A program made the translations under genes and the position numbers. Of a stretch of DNA of 64,000 nucleotides, positions 52,106-60,323 are shown piece by piece; position 1 is the first letter of the stretch; the number at the start of each line of letters is the position of its first letter. The notes beneath the pieces were generated by a model, which was not told where the DNA came from, did no database searches, and worked only from the letters and a program-made list of their open reading frames with translations. The stretch lies in NCBI GenBank assembly GCA_964651225.1, contig CAZYYD010000003.1, positions 51,533 to 115,532 of the forward strand. Direction: 5' to 3'. Source of the stretch: an uncultured Ignavibacteriaceae bacterium (GTDB lineage: Bacteria > Bacteroidota > Ignavibacteria > UBA10030).

Positions 52106-52772
52106 AGCGGAAGCTTCCAGCTGACAATCCCCTTCCTGCCAAGAACTGGCTAGACTAGCTTCAATTCAAAGCATTCGACATACTACTTGCGAATAGATGG
52201 AAAACTGAGTACCATTTTGCCATCGGCAAACATGCATCAGAAGGAGGCACTGACGGATGCATGGGCGGGGAGATTGTCAATATTTTAGATAACTCACTCC
52301 AACAGACAAAAACAAAATAAACGACATCCCGCAAAAAGCACGGGACAAGTTATGTCATCTATCCACCTAATTTTGATGGATATACGACATGGTTCAGAAT
52401 TGCAGTAGTTATGCAAGATGTGCGAGAGGAAGAGAGAATCAGTTGAACAAGAACGTCGTGGTGCTGTGCACCACGGCGAGCGAGCAGACATCAAAAAAAG
52501 GGGGAATTGGATAGAGGTTCTTGGATTGAGCAAAGCGTCGGTTGGAAGTGAGTGACCATGCATTTCATAGTATGAGTTTGTGGTCACACACGAACAAGAA
52601 GATGCTTTGCTCAACACCAAAAAGTTTTTTTTGTTCCCGTTTTTTTTGCTGCATTCCCGCAAAGACGGCGGGACTGACTCGCACTGACATTCTTGTGTTG
52701 TTAGACAGACTATGAGAAGATTGATGGTGACGTTGACTGAATGGAAACTGGTGGATCATTCTCGCCCACCTC

Positions 52773-52907
52773 GCATAACAGTCGGCAACACGGCGCTCAT
52801 TCTATGATATGGTAGTAGTATTGTATTCGCTCCATTGTTTTGTTCACTATTGAAAAAAATCATTTATAGTTCACAAAACAACAGCGTGTAGCCGACATAC
52901 GTTATGC
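52773..52907 (+). other. attC site candidate (135 bp)
   Basis: R'' GCATAAC (52773-52779) is a perfect complement of R' GTTATGC (52901-52907). Inner arms GTCGGCAACACG (52781-52792) and CGTGTAGCCGAC (52885-52896) pair at 11/12 positions. Confidence 0.7.
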
Positions 52908-52940
52908 GCAGGCCAGTGGCGAACTAAAATTAACCCCGAG

Positions 52941-54101
52941 GTGAGTGTGAATCCTCTGTTTCTTTTGAGTGGAATTGGAATGATTGTCGTCGCAATAGCG
53001 GCGGTGATGTATTGGAAGAAGTACTCAGGCGTTCTGTGGTCGTTCTTTTTCTGGGGTGCTCTCGCGTGGATAGTCGGAGTGACTCTCAAGGCAGGGGCTT
53101 CTATTCCAACACCAACCATAATTAACCAAGTTCGTAATGTTTTGCCTCGCACTTTTGCAGAACCCGTGCTTTGGATATACATAGGTCTGTTGACAGGAAT
53201 CTTCGAGTGTGGGGCAACACTCGGATTTGCATACATCCAGAAAATCCGAAAGGCGAATTGGAATCAATCAGTTGGATTTGGTGTAGGATTCGGAGCTGTA
53301 GAAGCTCTTCTCGTAGGGGTTGGCTCTTTGCTTATGATGGTGGTGGTCATTTATATTCCCGACAAACTTCCGCCAGAGTTTCTGAAGTTCATAACATCAG
53401 GCAATTCGTTGTGGTGCATTCCTGTTCCGATTATTGAGAGGGTTATTACTATCCCAATACATGCATTATCATGTGTACTTATCATATACGCAGTACAGAA
53501 ACAAGAATGGAAATGCTTCTACCTCTCATTTGCTTACAAGACTGTTGTAGATGCAATAGCCGGATTCATCCACATCTCATACGGATTGGAGAACCTCACA
53601 ACTCTCAGCACATGGGGCATGGAGCTTGTTTTCCTTCCTTTCGGCATTATTGGTGTTCTGGGGTTGTACGCATTTCGCAATAAATGGAAACAGTTAGGCA
53701 TGGAGACTACTTTTAGTACGCCAAAAGTCAAATTGCTGTTTTGGTGGATGGGGTCAATTTGCCTTCTCCTGATTATCCCCATCAAGGCAATCCGTTGGGA
53801 ACATTTGAGCGTGGCAACAACCATATTTGTCGGCATCGCTCCAAGCCTCTTAGGTCCCGCGGGTTTGTTGTTCCTCATTTTATCGAGTTCCGGCAAACTT
53901 TCACGCCTGACACTGGTTCAAATCACTTTATTCGTAACCGCAATTGCCCTCGGGCTCGAATTTGTTCAGCTTATTCCTCGACCGGGAATTCTGGCGAGGG
54001 TGCATTACACTTTTGATTGGCTTGACATTCTCGCAAGCATACTCAGTGTGTGTGCTGGCTACGTCACCGCTTTCATCATGACGAAAAAGAAATTACTGTA
54101 G
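52941..54101 (+). CDS. polytopic membrane protein; N-terminal half YhfC-like, C-terminal part VanZ-like (tentative)
   Basis: GTG start after GAGGTG. Motifs GIFECGAT, GFGAVEALLVG and ERVITIPIHALS recall YhfC intramembrane proteases. The C-terminus has LEFVQLIP..DWLDILASILS. Confidence 0.6.
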   Translation: MSVNPLFLLSGIGMIVVAIAAVMYWKKYSGVLWSFFFWGALAWIVGVTLKAGASIPTPTIINQVRNVLPRTFAEPVLWIYIGLLTGIFECGATLGFAYIQKIRKANWNQSVGFGVGFGAVEALLVGVGSLLMMVVVIYIPDKLPPEFLKFITSGNSLWCIPVPIIERVITIPIHALSCVLIIYAVQKQEWKCFYLSFAYKTVVDAIAGFIHISYGLENLTTLSTWGMELVFLPFGIIGVLGLYAFRNKWKQLGMETTFSTPKVKLLFWWMGSICLLLIIPIKAIRWEHLSVATTIFVGIAPSLLGPAGLLFLILSSSGKLSRLTLVQITLFVTAIALGLEFVQLIPRPGILARVHYTFDWLDILASILSVCAGYVTAFIMTKKKLL

Positions 54102-54131
54102 ACAAATGCAGCACCAAGGCCACTGGCCTGC

Positions 54132-54321
54132 GCATAACAAACGGCACCACGACGCTCACACATTTGGATAGGTCGAGAAGGAGCGAGAGTTATGCGTGAT
54201 GAAAAGTGTTCGCTCCACGCCGTGTGCGAGCCGAGAAATTGGTAATCGTCATTCATAGCTTTTTCAATCGTATCATTCGCAATCGCGCACACGGCGCGGC
54301 GTGGTGCCTGAAACGTTAGGC
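54132..54321 (+). other. attC site candidate (190 bp)
   Basis: R'' GCATAAC (54132-54138), spacer AAAC and GGCACCACGACGC (54143-54155). The latter pairs at 12/13 positions with GCGGCGTGGTGCC (54296-54308), followed by TGAAAC and R' GTTAGGC (54315-54321). Confidence 0.65.
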
Positions 54322-54421
54322 GCAAGCGAAGATTCCTTTGATAGTGCGTTTTGCGGCACCGCTGTTCACTTGGTAGCGGCACTTTTTTCTGCATTCAACG
54401 AGGCATCCTTCGGCCACAAGC

Positions 54422-54886
54422 ATGGATACGATTCACCTAAAATGGTTCAGACTTATGCTGCTCGTTGCAGGTTTGTACCTCATCGTTGGCTTTGGATTCG
54501 CCGAGCTTGGCAAGAATGCTCCATCAATTCAAATCCAGCGTTTCTGGAGGCTCGCGGCCTGGGCAGTCAGTTTCGTCGCATACTTAGCTCACATCTGGTA
54601 CGAACACTTTAGGTTTCACAACACGGCTCGTACAACGGCGCTTCATACATCTTTACCAGCAGCAATTGCATCATTTGGACTGGCAGTTGGTGCCAATATT
54701 CACGCACAGTTCGTCATCTCGCCTAATCCGACGATGCTTGCACTATCCCTTGTGTTGTGGCCCGCTCTAACAATGGTGCCAGCATTTGGGAGTCGCTTTC
54801 ATCCTTGCTTCCGGTCTGGCCCAATGGTGGAAGAAGAGTTAGCTCAGATGACGAAGGTTCTGTGCCGCAAACCGCGAAATCAATAG
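54422..54886 (+). CDS. hypothetical membrane protein
   Basis: 154 aa with four hydrophobic helices. No family recognised. Confidence 0.55.
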   Translation: MDTIHLKWFRLMLLVAGLYLIVGFGFAELGKNAPSIQIQRFWRLAAWAVSFVAYLAHIWYEHFRFHNTARTTALHTSLPAAIASFGLAVGANIHAQFVISPNPTMLALSLVLWPALTMVPAFGSRFHPCFRSGPMVEEELAQMTKVLCRKPRNQ

Positions 54887-54898
54887 AACTTTGCCTGC

Positions 54899-55127
54899 GG
54901 CTAACAAACGGCAAACCGGCGCCTGTCTGCCGTCAGGCAGGCCTGCCCGCCGGCAGGCGGGCTCGCACACTGGATAGGCGATGTTGAAACAGAGTTTGGC
55001 TAGATGTAAAGTGCTTCCGCCAAAAGGTGAAGCACGGCGGACAGGCGCTCCATTGCTCGCCGCCGAAGCAATGAATGATCAGATCGATATCGGCGGCTCG
55101 CAACGACGTGTTGCCTAAACGTTAGCT
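54899..55127 (+). other. attC site candidate (229 bp)
   Basis: R'' GGCTAAC (54899-54905), spacer AAAC and GGCAAACCGGCG (54910-54921). The latter pairs at 9/12 positions with CGACGTGTTGCC (55104-55115), followed by TAAAC and R' GTTAGCT (55121-55127). Confidence 0.6.
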
Positions 55128-55160
55128 GCCATTCTAACTAAATGGAAACATGGAGGTTCT

Positions 55161-55814
55161 ATGAGATGTAACAAGTGTTCGGTTCGAGCGATACTATCTC
55201 TTGCCATTTGGTTTATCGCACTTTCTTCCAACGGGTTCGCTCAGTCAATATCGATACGTGTCGCAGCGGGGATTGTAGACCTCCCACTATCTGATTGGTC
55301 AAAGTTCTTCGGATCGCAAGGGAACTCTTCTTATCCACTTTATTCCCAGAATAATCCCAACCCGTACTATGCTTTATCAATTCACTACGACATCAATTCG
55401 CACCATTCGGTCTATATTGGTACGGAACTTATTCAGACATCTGCTTCATCGAGCGATTCCGTTGAGATCGTCGATTGGAAATTCCAGGGTATTCCAATAA
55501 CTGTCGGTTATGAATACAAGTCGTTAAGAATCAACCAATATTTTACTCCAGTTATTGGCGGTGGAGTGTCATACTTCATAAGCCAAGTGGTTGCGAGGGA
55601 CCATTTCTTCAATCAAACTCTCAAACGTACTGGGAATGGCTATGGAATTCATGCATCCCTTGGATTAATATCACAATTGACTCAATCACTTTGCATGATT
55701 ACGCAAGCCCGTTATCGCTATTCTAATGGCATGGCTTTCAGCGGAAACAGGGATGACATTAAGGTCGAGTTCTCGGGATTTGATATTAGCATTGGACTGG
55801 AATATTCCTTATGA
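55161..55814 (+). CDS. outer-membrane beta-barrel-like protein
   Basis: GGAGG precedes the ATG. The product has a signal peptide and an alternating amphipathic strand pattern (..YYALSIHYDI.., ..GISIGLEYSL). Confidence 0.6.
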   Translation: MRCNKCSVRAILSLAIWFIALSSNGFAQSISIRVAAGIVDLPLSDWSKFFGSQGNSSYPLYSQNNPNPYYALSIHYDINSHHSVYIGTELIQTSASSSDSVEIVDWKFQGIPITVGYEYKSLRINQYFTPVIGGGVSYFISQVVARDHFFNQTLKRTGNGYGIHASLGLISQLTQSLCMITQARYRYSNGMAFSGNRDDIKVEFSGFDISIGLEYSL

Positions 55815-55823
55815 TGGAACGGC

Positions 55824-55901
55824 AGCTAACACGTCGCTCCGTCATTTTAAAAAGATTAAGGTCGTCGCTCATTGGCAGTAGACCACAGATGCAGTTAAGC
55901 T
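55824..55901 (+). other. short attC-like site (78 bp, poor inner stem)
   Basis: R'' AGCTAAC (55824-55830) is a perfect complement of TTAGCT at 55122-55127. R' GTTAAGCT (55894-55901) abuts the next ATG. Confidence 0.45.
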
Positions 55902-56459
55902 ATGCCTCCACCCTATGTTAAAACGATCCGCGAAGAGATCCTCTACGAGTATGCCAAGCTCATATCTCGTTCAGCTTATGGAACTCTCCAGCGGGGATTT
56001 ATTACAGACAGGTTCAAGAAGCTCGCCGCGGGCACCATCACGATCTCCGATACCATTCGGGAATGGGAACGCGAACAGCAACTTCCAAGGGAATGCGTTT
56101 TCTGCAAAACCACTGACAATCTCACAACGGACCATTTGATACCTCGCAATAGAGGCGGCGATGACTCTGCCGACAATCTAGTTCTGGCTTGTCAGTCGTG
56201 TAACTCTGCTCGTGGTGATAAAGGTATCTTTGAATGGCTGGGCCTTGAAAAGAAGGACGAACTTCACCGTCTCGTTGCTGGTAAGTATCTGAAACAGCTT
56301 CTTCGTGTTCACGAGTCGGCAGGCACGATTCACACTTCGAAGGACGAATTGGCCGAGCTTTGCAAGCAATGTCCTCTCCCTGGTGTATGCGAAGAATGGC
56401 ACTCGGTAGGTAAGCTTACATGTTTTTGTTTGGAGAGCATATTGCCACGGCGGCAGTGA
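55902..56459 (+). CDS. HNH endonuclease
   Basis: CVFCKTTDNLTTDHLIPRNRGGDDSADNLVLACQSCNSARG. Confidence 0.85.
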   Translation: MPPPYVKTIREEILYEYAKLISRSAYGTLQRGFITDRFKKLAAGTITISDTIREWEREQQLPRECVFCKTTDNLTTDHLIPRNRGGDDSADNLVLACQSCNSARGDKGIFEWLGLEKKDELHRLVAGKYLKQLLRVHESAGTIHTSKDELAELCKQCPLPGVCEEWHSVGKLTCFCLESILPRRQ

Positions 56460-56473
56460 TGCATTGCAACTGA

Positions 56474-56687
56474 GCCTAACACAACCTATATCTAAAGGAA
56501 AAAGGTAAATAAAAACCAGAGAAGGTGAAGTGATCAGTACAAAGGAAACCTCCTCCACCAATCCGCCTAAAAACTGGCGGACACCCCGTTAAAAAAACAC
56601 GGGGTGCATAAAGCGCACAAAAAGTGTGAAAGATGATGGACAAGAAGGTAGAACACGGCAGGCAGGCAACTACGACTTCAATTAGCG
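56474..56687 (+). other. degenerate attC-like junction (R'' present, R' not canonical)
   Basis: (A)GCCTAAC (56473-56480) pairs at 7/8 with GTTAAGCT at 55894-55901. The nearest R'-like word is ATTAGCG (56681-56687). Internal hairpins: CCGCC..GGCGG and ACACCCCGT..ACGGGGTG. Confidence 0.3.
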
Positions 56688-56699
56688 CAGGGGAAAAGA

Positions 56700-57875
56700 A
56701 TGGCAACACCGAAAATAGGTCCTAATCCATTTACACCTCGTTCCGGACAGGAACCGAAAGTGTTCTTGGGACGAGAGAAAGAACTCGATATTTTTCAAAA
56801 GCACCTTGAGAAAGCAAGAACAAAACACTATGATCACTTTGTTGTTGTCGGCGGATGGGGAACCGGAAAAACAACACTTCTCAAGGAGTTCCGAAAAGCT
56901 GCACATGCCCGACGTGTCATTACTTCCTTCGTAAGCGTTCACGAATTTAAACCCGACAATCTTCTTGGACCAGTAATCCAATTGCTCACTCACATTCCTC
57001 GTAATTTACCGATCAAATTCGATCGCATGAAACGCTTCTCGAAATATCTGCAGGGAGTCGGCGTAACGTTGCCGGTGATTGGAGGAGGTATCGAGATCGG
57101 AGAAAAGAAACGTTTCGATGGGGATCCTCAGGAACTGCTGCTTGAAGGTCTCGTTCAACTGTGGCACGAACTCAAGTCAGAGACAGATGCGTTAGTTGTA
57201 TTTCTCGATGACGTACAGCATTACGATGCCATCCCTGAGGTGCTGGGTGTTCTAAAAAACGTTCTCAGCGATGACGATATTATTAAAGAAACAGGATACC
57301 TTTTTGTCCTAGCCGCCACGGAAGAAGGGTGGTCAAACTTCTTGCGTAAGAATCATCCCATTGGCCGATATTTTGTCCCCATTCTGAAAATCTACCCGCT
57401 TTCGAAAACGAATTCCTTGCGAATCATCGATGCAACGCTCGATGGCTCAGGCGTAATTTTTACACATGAAGTGCAAGAAGCTGTCTTTGATTATACTGAA
57501 GGACATCCGTTCCAGATGCAGATACTATGCTCCTACTTATATGAAAATCAAATAAAGGGAAATGTCGGGCGTGACCAGCTTGACAGTGCACTCTCCCAAA
57601 CGCTTGATGAGCTCGGACCAATCATTCTCGATCCCCTTTATTCTATGGCGAGTGAGCAAGAGAGAGCAACCCTCCATGTGATGTCCTCAGATTACAAGGT
57701 TTACTCATTTGATGACATATTAAAACAGACTCGAAAACTGAAGGTACACATCGGCAAGGGAACACTTGCGGCAGTGGTGGCACGATTGAGTGAAAAGGGC
57801 CTCCTTCTAAAAATGGAAAGAGGAAAATATCGTCTCGTAAATAGATTGTTCAATGAATTTGTCGTACGACAATGA
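56700..57875 (+). CDS. P-loop NTPase (archaeal-ATPase/ORC-like AAA) with a C-terminal winged-helix-like tail
   Basis: Walker A GGWGTGKTTLL, Walker B VVFLDDVQH and C-terminus ..VVARLSEKGLLLKMERGKYRLV. Confidence 0.75.
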   Translation: MATPKIGPNPFTPRSGQEPKVFLGREKELDIFQKHLEKARTKHYDHFVVVGGWGTGKTTLLKEFRKAAHARRVITSFVSVHEFKPDNLLGPVIQLLTHIPRNLPIKFDRMKRFSKYLQGVGVTLPVIGGGIEIGEKKRFDGDPQELLLEGLVQLWHELKSETDALVVFLDDVQHYDAIPEVLGVLKNVLSDDDIIKETGYLFVLAATEEGWSNFLRKNHPIGRYFVPILKIYPLSKTNSLRIIDATLDGSGVIFTHEVQEAVFDYTEGHPFQMQILCSYLYENQIKGNVGRDQLDSALSQTLDELGPIILDPLYSMASEQERATLHVMSSDYKVYSFDDILKQTRKLKVHIGKGTLAAVVARLSEKGLLLKMERGKYRLVNRLFNEFVVRQ

Positions 57876-58295
57876 TCGGAGAGAATTTGCACAGTTTGCA
57901 GAATAGAGTCGGATTTGCAAACTCTGCAAACTTCTATGCATAGACAGTGTTTCAGATATTCATCGTACAGGCGCGGTAGCATATAGCGATACTTCTTGCC
58001 AAGTGGTTAGTTTGAAAAACATTGGATTCTCAAGAATCTGGACAGGGTGTCCAGATAATAATTCCTTTAAAAACCCTCTGCAGCAATAAACATAGACGCC
58101 AATATAGACATCGTGACTATGTCGTGATTCCAGGAAATCATTCTCAGACCGAGAAGGACGTCATGCACTAGTTACTCAAAGAAAAGCAGCCATTATCCTC
58201 GCACCCGCAAGTGAATTGATGAAGCGACATGAGCCGGAACAGAACGAATCTCCTAAGGAAGACCGCATTTCTCATCACCACTCCGGGTTGCAACA

Positions 58296-58324
58296 TTGAG
58301 CGATTTATGATGAAATGGTATAAT
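58296..58324 (+). promoter_or_regulatory. sigma-70-type promoter candidate with an extended -10
   Basis: TTGAGC (58296-58301), a 17-nt spacer, then TGgTATAAT (-10 at 58319-58324). It lies upstream of the lipoprotein ORF. Confidence 0.4.
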
Positions 58325-58456
58325 ATGGAAAAAAGATCAATACTTTCGATGTCACGCAGAATCACGCGTTGATAAATGCAGGAGCGAAGATATTGTAACG
58401 ACACTATGAAAAGAGTTCGCCAACCTTCTTCGTCTCACATCTCAGAAAGACGAAGG

Positions 58457-59038
58457 ATGAATTTTTCCCTTAGTACGACACTTGTCCTCTGTTTCTCTGT
58501 TCTTCTTCTATCCATCGGATGCAGGAAAACCGGCTCGGGTGATGCAAACCGACACCCAACCGTTTTGTCTTTTACATTTCCAGAGCGGCAAACGGCTTCC
58601 AACGATTCTCTTGCTCTCTCCCTCGACTCGTTGAGGAATGCCCTCATCAACACTCAGGACTATGGCTCAGTCAGACTCTCCAACGGCGAATACTCCATAG
58701 ATCCACTGAGACTTTCTATCTCATTCCTGGGCGGCTTTATCAACCTTGACCTGGACGGCGATGGGTACAAAGATGCCATAGGTTCACTCTCCATCAATAC
58801 CGGCGGCACCGGTTGTTTTAACTCGCTGGATATCTTTCTCAATCGCCGCGGAACTGCTTATCACTCGGATTCCTACGAAATCGGTGACCGCGAACGCATC
58901 GATTCCCTGCGGGTCATGGGCGACACGCTCGATATCTTTTTCCTGGTCCACGATCCAGGCGATCCGATGTCCTCCCCGACGATGATCGAAGAGAGGAGAT
59001 TGCTGCTTGTTGGCGGCAAGATCGTCGAGATCGAATAA
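58457..59038 (+). CDS. hypothetical lipoprotein
   Basis: Start taken at MNFSLSTTLVLCFSVLLLSIGC (lipobox). Alternative in-frame starts are at 58376 and 58406. Confidence 0.6.
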   Translation: MNFSLSTTLVLCFSVLLLSIGCRKTGSGDANRHPTVLSFTFPERQTASNDSLALSLDSLRNALINTQDYGSVRLSNGEYSIDPLRLSISFLGGFINLDLDGDGYKDAIGSLSINTGGTGCFNSLDIFLNRRGTAYHSDSYEIGDRERIDSLRVMGDTLDIFFLVHDPGDPMSSPTMIEERRLLLVGGKIVEIE

Positions 59039-59081
59039 GACGAGCAGCACCTCCTCCACTTCGCTGCAACAGGTACGCTCG

Positions 59082-59155
59082 CTTCACTTCGTTTGCCTCA
59101 GAGAACATGAAAAATTATATTGTGGAAAAAGGAACGGCATTGTTTTCACATACGG
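59082..59155 (+). repeat. 74-nt junction repeat, copy 1
   Basis: 65/74 nt are identical to 60196-60269 (CTTCAYTWCGTTTGCCTCAGAGAACATGAAAAATTAT...AACGGCATTGTTTTCRCATACGG). Confidence 0.8.
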
Positions 59156-59269
59156 TAATCAGCATTGTCATGTTTGCAGAGTCAATGCTCTTTGAACTGT
59201 TACATATCGGAAAAAAGGAATCAGGCAATATAACCGAAGACCATTCCCACATGAATTGAGGTGATAACT

Positions 59270-60121
59270 ATGGGTGTCATTTCTAAGATGCTGAAGTTTT
59301 TTCGTTCTTCTTGGCAGCATGTATCCATGCAGTACGAAACACGTTTTTTCCTCGTCATATGGCTGGCGCTCAGCACTATTGTGGTTGTAGTCAGTTTCGC
59401 GACAGGATTCTATGCAGATAAAAATACACTTAGCAATATACTTGGGAATGCTCACATTTCTTTGCTTGACCTTTTTATAGTTGCGATCGTTGCATCTTTC
59501 CTGTTGGCAAAGCGCTCCCAACGCGAATGGAAGCCAACGCGAGACATGTTACTTTCCCGCTTATTCACTGAGACTGACAGGTTGCTTCAGGTTGTCCTTC
59601 CTCGGTCAATTCACTCTTCAGGAGACAATATCTTCTTCTCCTTTGGTGAGTTTGAATCAACCACATCTGAACACTTTTTAACCCTCCAAGAAAGTGATGT
59701 GGACATTCAGATTGGATCCGAGGCATTGGATGACATGAAGGGAGAACGATATCTAGCCGAAGGAAGCTCTGAGGCACATGCAAACGAAGTTCGAATCGCA
59801 AGGTTTTTGCGCTTGCAACAATCCATCTTAGATTCTCGTGTCCGAATTCTTCCCTTATTTGATTCCGCTCGCTCTTTGGTTCGGTATTCAGTTTCTTCTG
59901 ATCTTGTCTCAGCTGTGGCGCGAGTCTACTACGCATTATTGGATCTGGAAGACACACTAAATAGGTCACAACGCTCTGGCTTTAAAGAGAAATGGGTTTG
60001 GATTGGAAATGCTCAAGCAACTCTAGCTTTATCAACGTTACAGTTATTCAAGAGACTTGCAATGGAGAGTTCGAGCCGACAATCTTTCAAGGAGCGCTTC
60101 AAGAACATAGCTGAAAATTGA
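59270..60121 (+). CDS. hypothetical protein with N-terminal TM helices
   Basis: ATG at 59270, preceded by GAGGTGA. No family recognised. Confidence 0.55.
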   Translation: MGVISKMLKFFRSSWQHVSMQYETRFFLVIWLALSTIVVVVSFATGFYADKNTLSNILGNAHISLLDLFIVAIVASFLLAKRSQREWKPTRDMLLSRLFTETDRLLQVVLPRSIHSSGDNIFFSFGEFESTTSEHFLTLQESDVDIQIGSEALDDMKGERYLAEGSSEAHANEVRIARFLRLQQSILDSRVRILPLFDSARSLVRYSVSSDLVSAVARVYYALLDLEDTLNRSQRSGFKEKWVWIGNAQATLALSTLQLFKRLAMESSSRQSFKERFKNIAEN

Positions 60122-60195
60122 AGCAAATATAACGTTATAGAATGATCTAATCATTTATAGGTATGATCGCAAAACAACTTTTGGATAAACACCTG

Positions 60196-60269
60196 CTTCA
60201 TTACGTTTGCCTCAGAGAACATGAAAAATTATTCTGTGTCAAATAGAACGGCATTGTTTTCGCATACGG
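60196..60269 (+). repeat. 74-nt junction repeat, copy 2
   Basis: See 59082-59155. It lies between ATATAAC (60129-60135) and GTTGTAT (60319-60325). Confidence 0.8.
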
Positions 60270-60323
60270 CAGCCGCCATAACTGGCCGAACTTCAACAGG
60301 GTAACCATTATGAGGATTGTTGT

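Noticed and set aside
52294-52662. A minus-strand 122-aa ORF in the ORF-poor tract, considered as a decayed integrase (intI).
   Set aside because: It is Cys/Ser-rich and of low complexity, with no R..HxxR..Y recombinase motifs. It is most likely non-coding.
54132-54195. A short 64-bp attC reading using GCATAAC (54132) with the internal GTTATGC (54189).
   Set aside because: The arms between the boxes are grossly asymmetric (14 nt versus 3 nt before a 5-bp stem). The long reading to GTTAGGC (54315) gives a 12/13 inner stem and matches the architecture of the neighbouring sites.
55902-57875. The HNH + ATPase pair called as a Septu system.
   Set aside because: The ATPase is an ORC/archaeal-ATPase-like P-loop protein, not the ABC/AAA_15-type PtuA. 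The gene order and a 240-bp attC-like spacer also argue against a single operon. It is kept only as a speculative defence candidate.
59114-59120. ATTATAT (59114) and ATTATTC (60228) as variant R' cores of the two 74-nt-repeat junctions. TTATAT is a perfect complement of ATATAA at 60129, and TTATTC matches GTATAA at 60750 in 5/6 positions.
   Set aside because: Sequence conservation between the two junctions continues about 45 nt past these words. That is not expected if they were cassette boundaries, and the first base is A rather than G. It is noted as an unresolved alternative.
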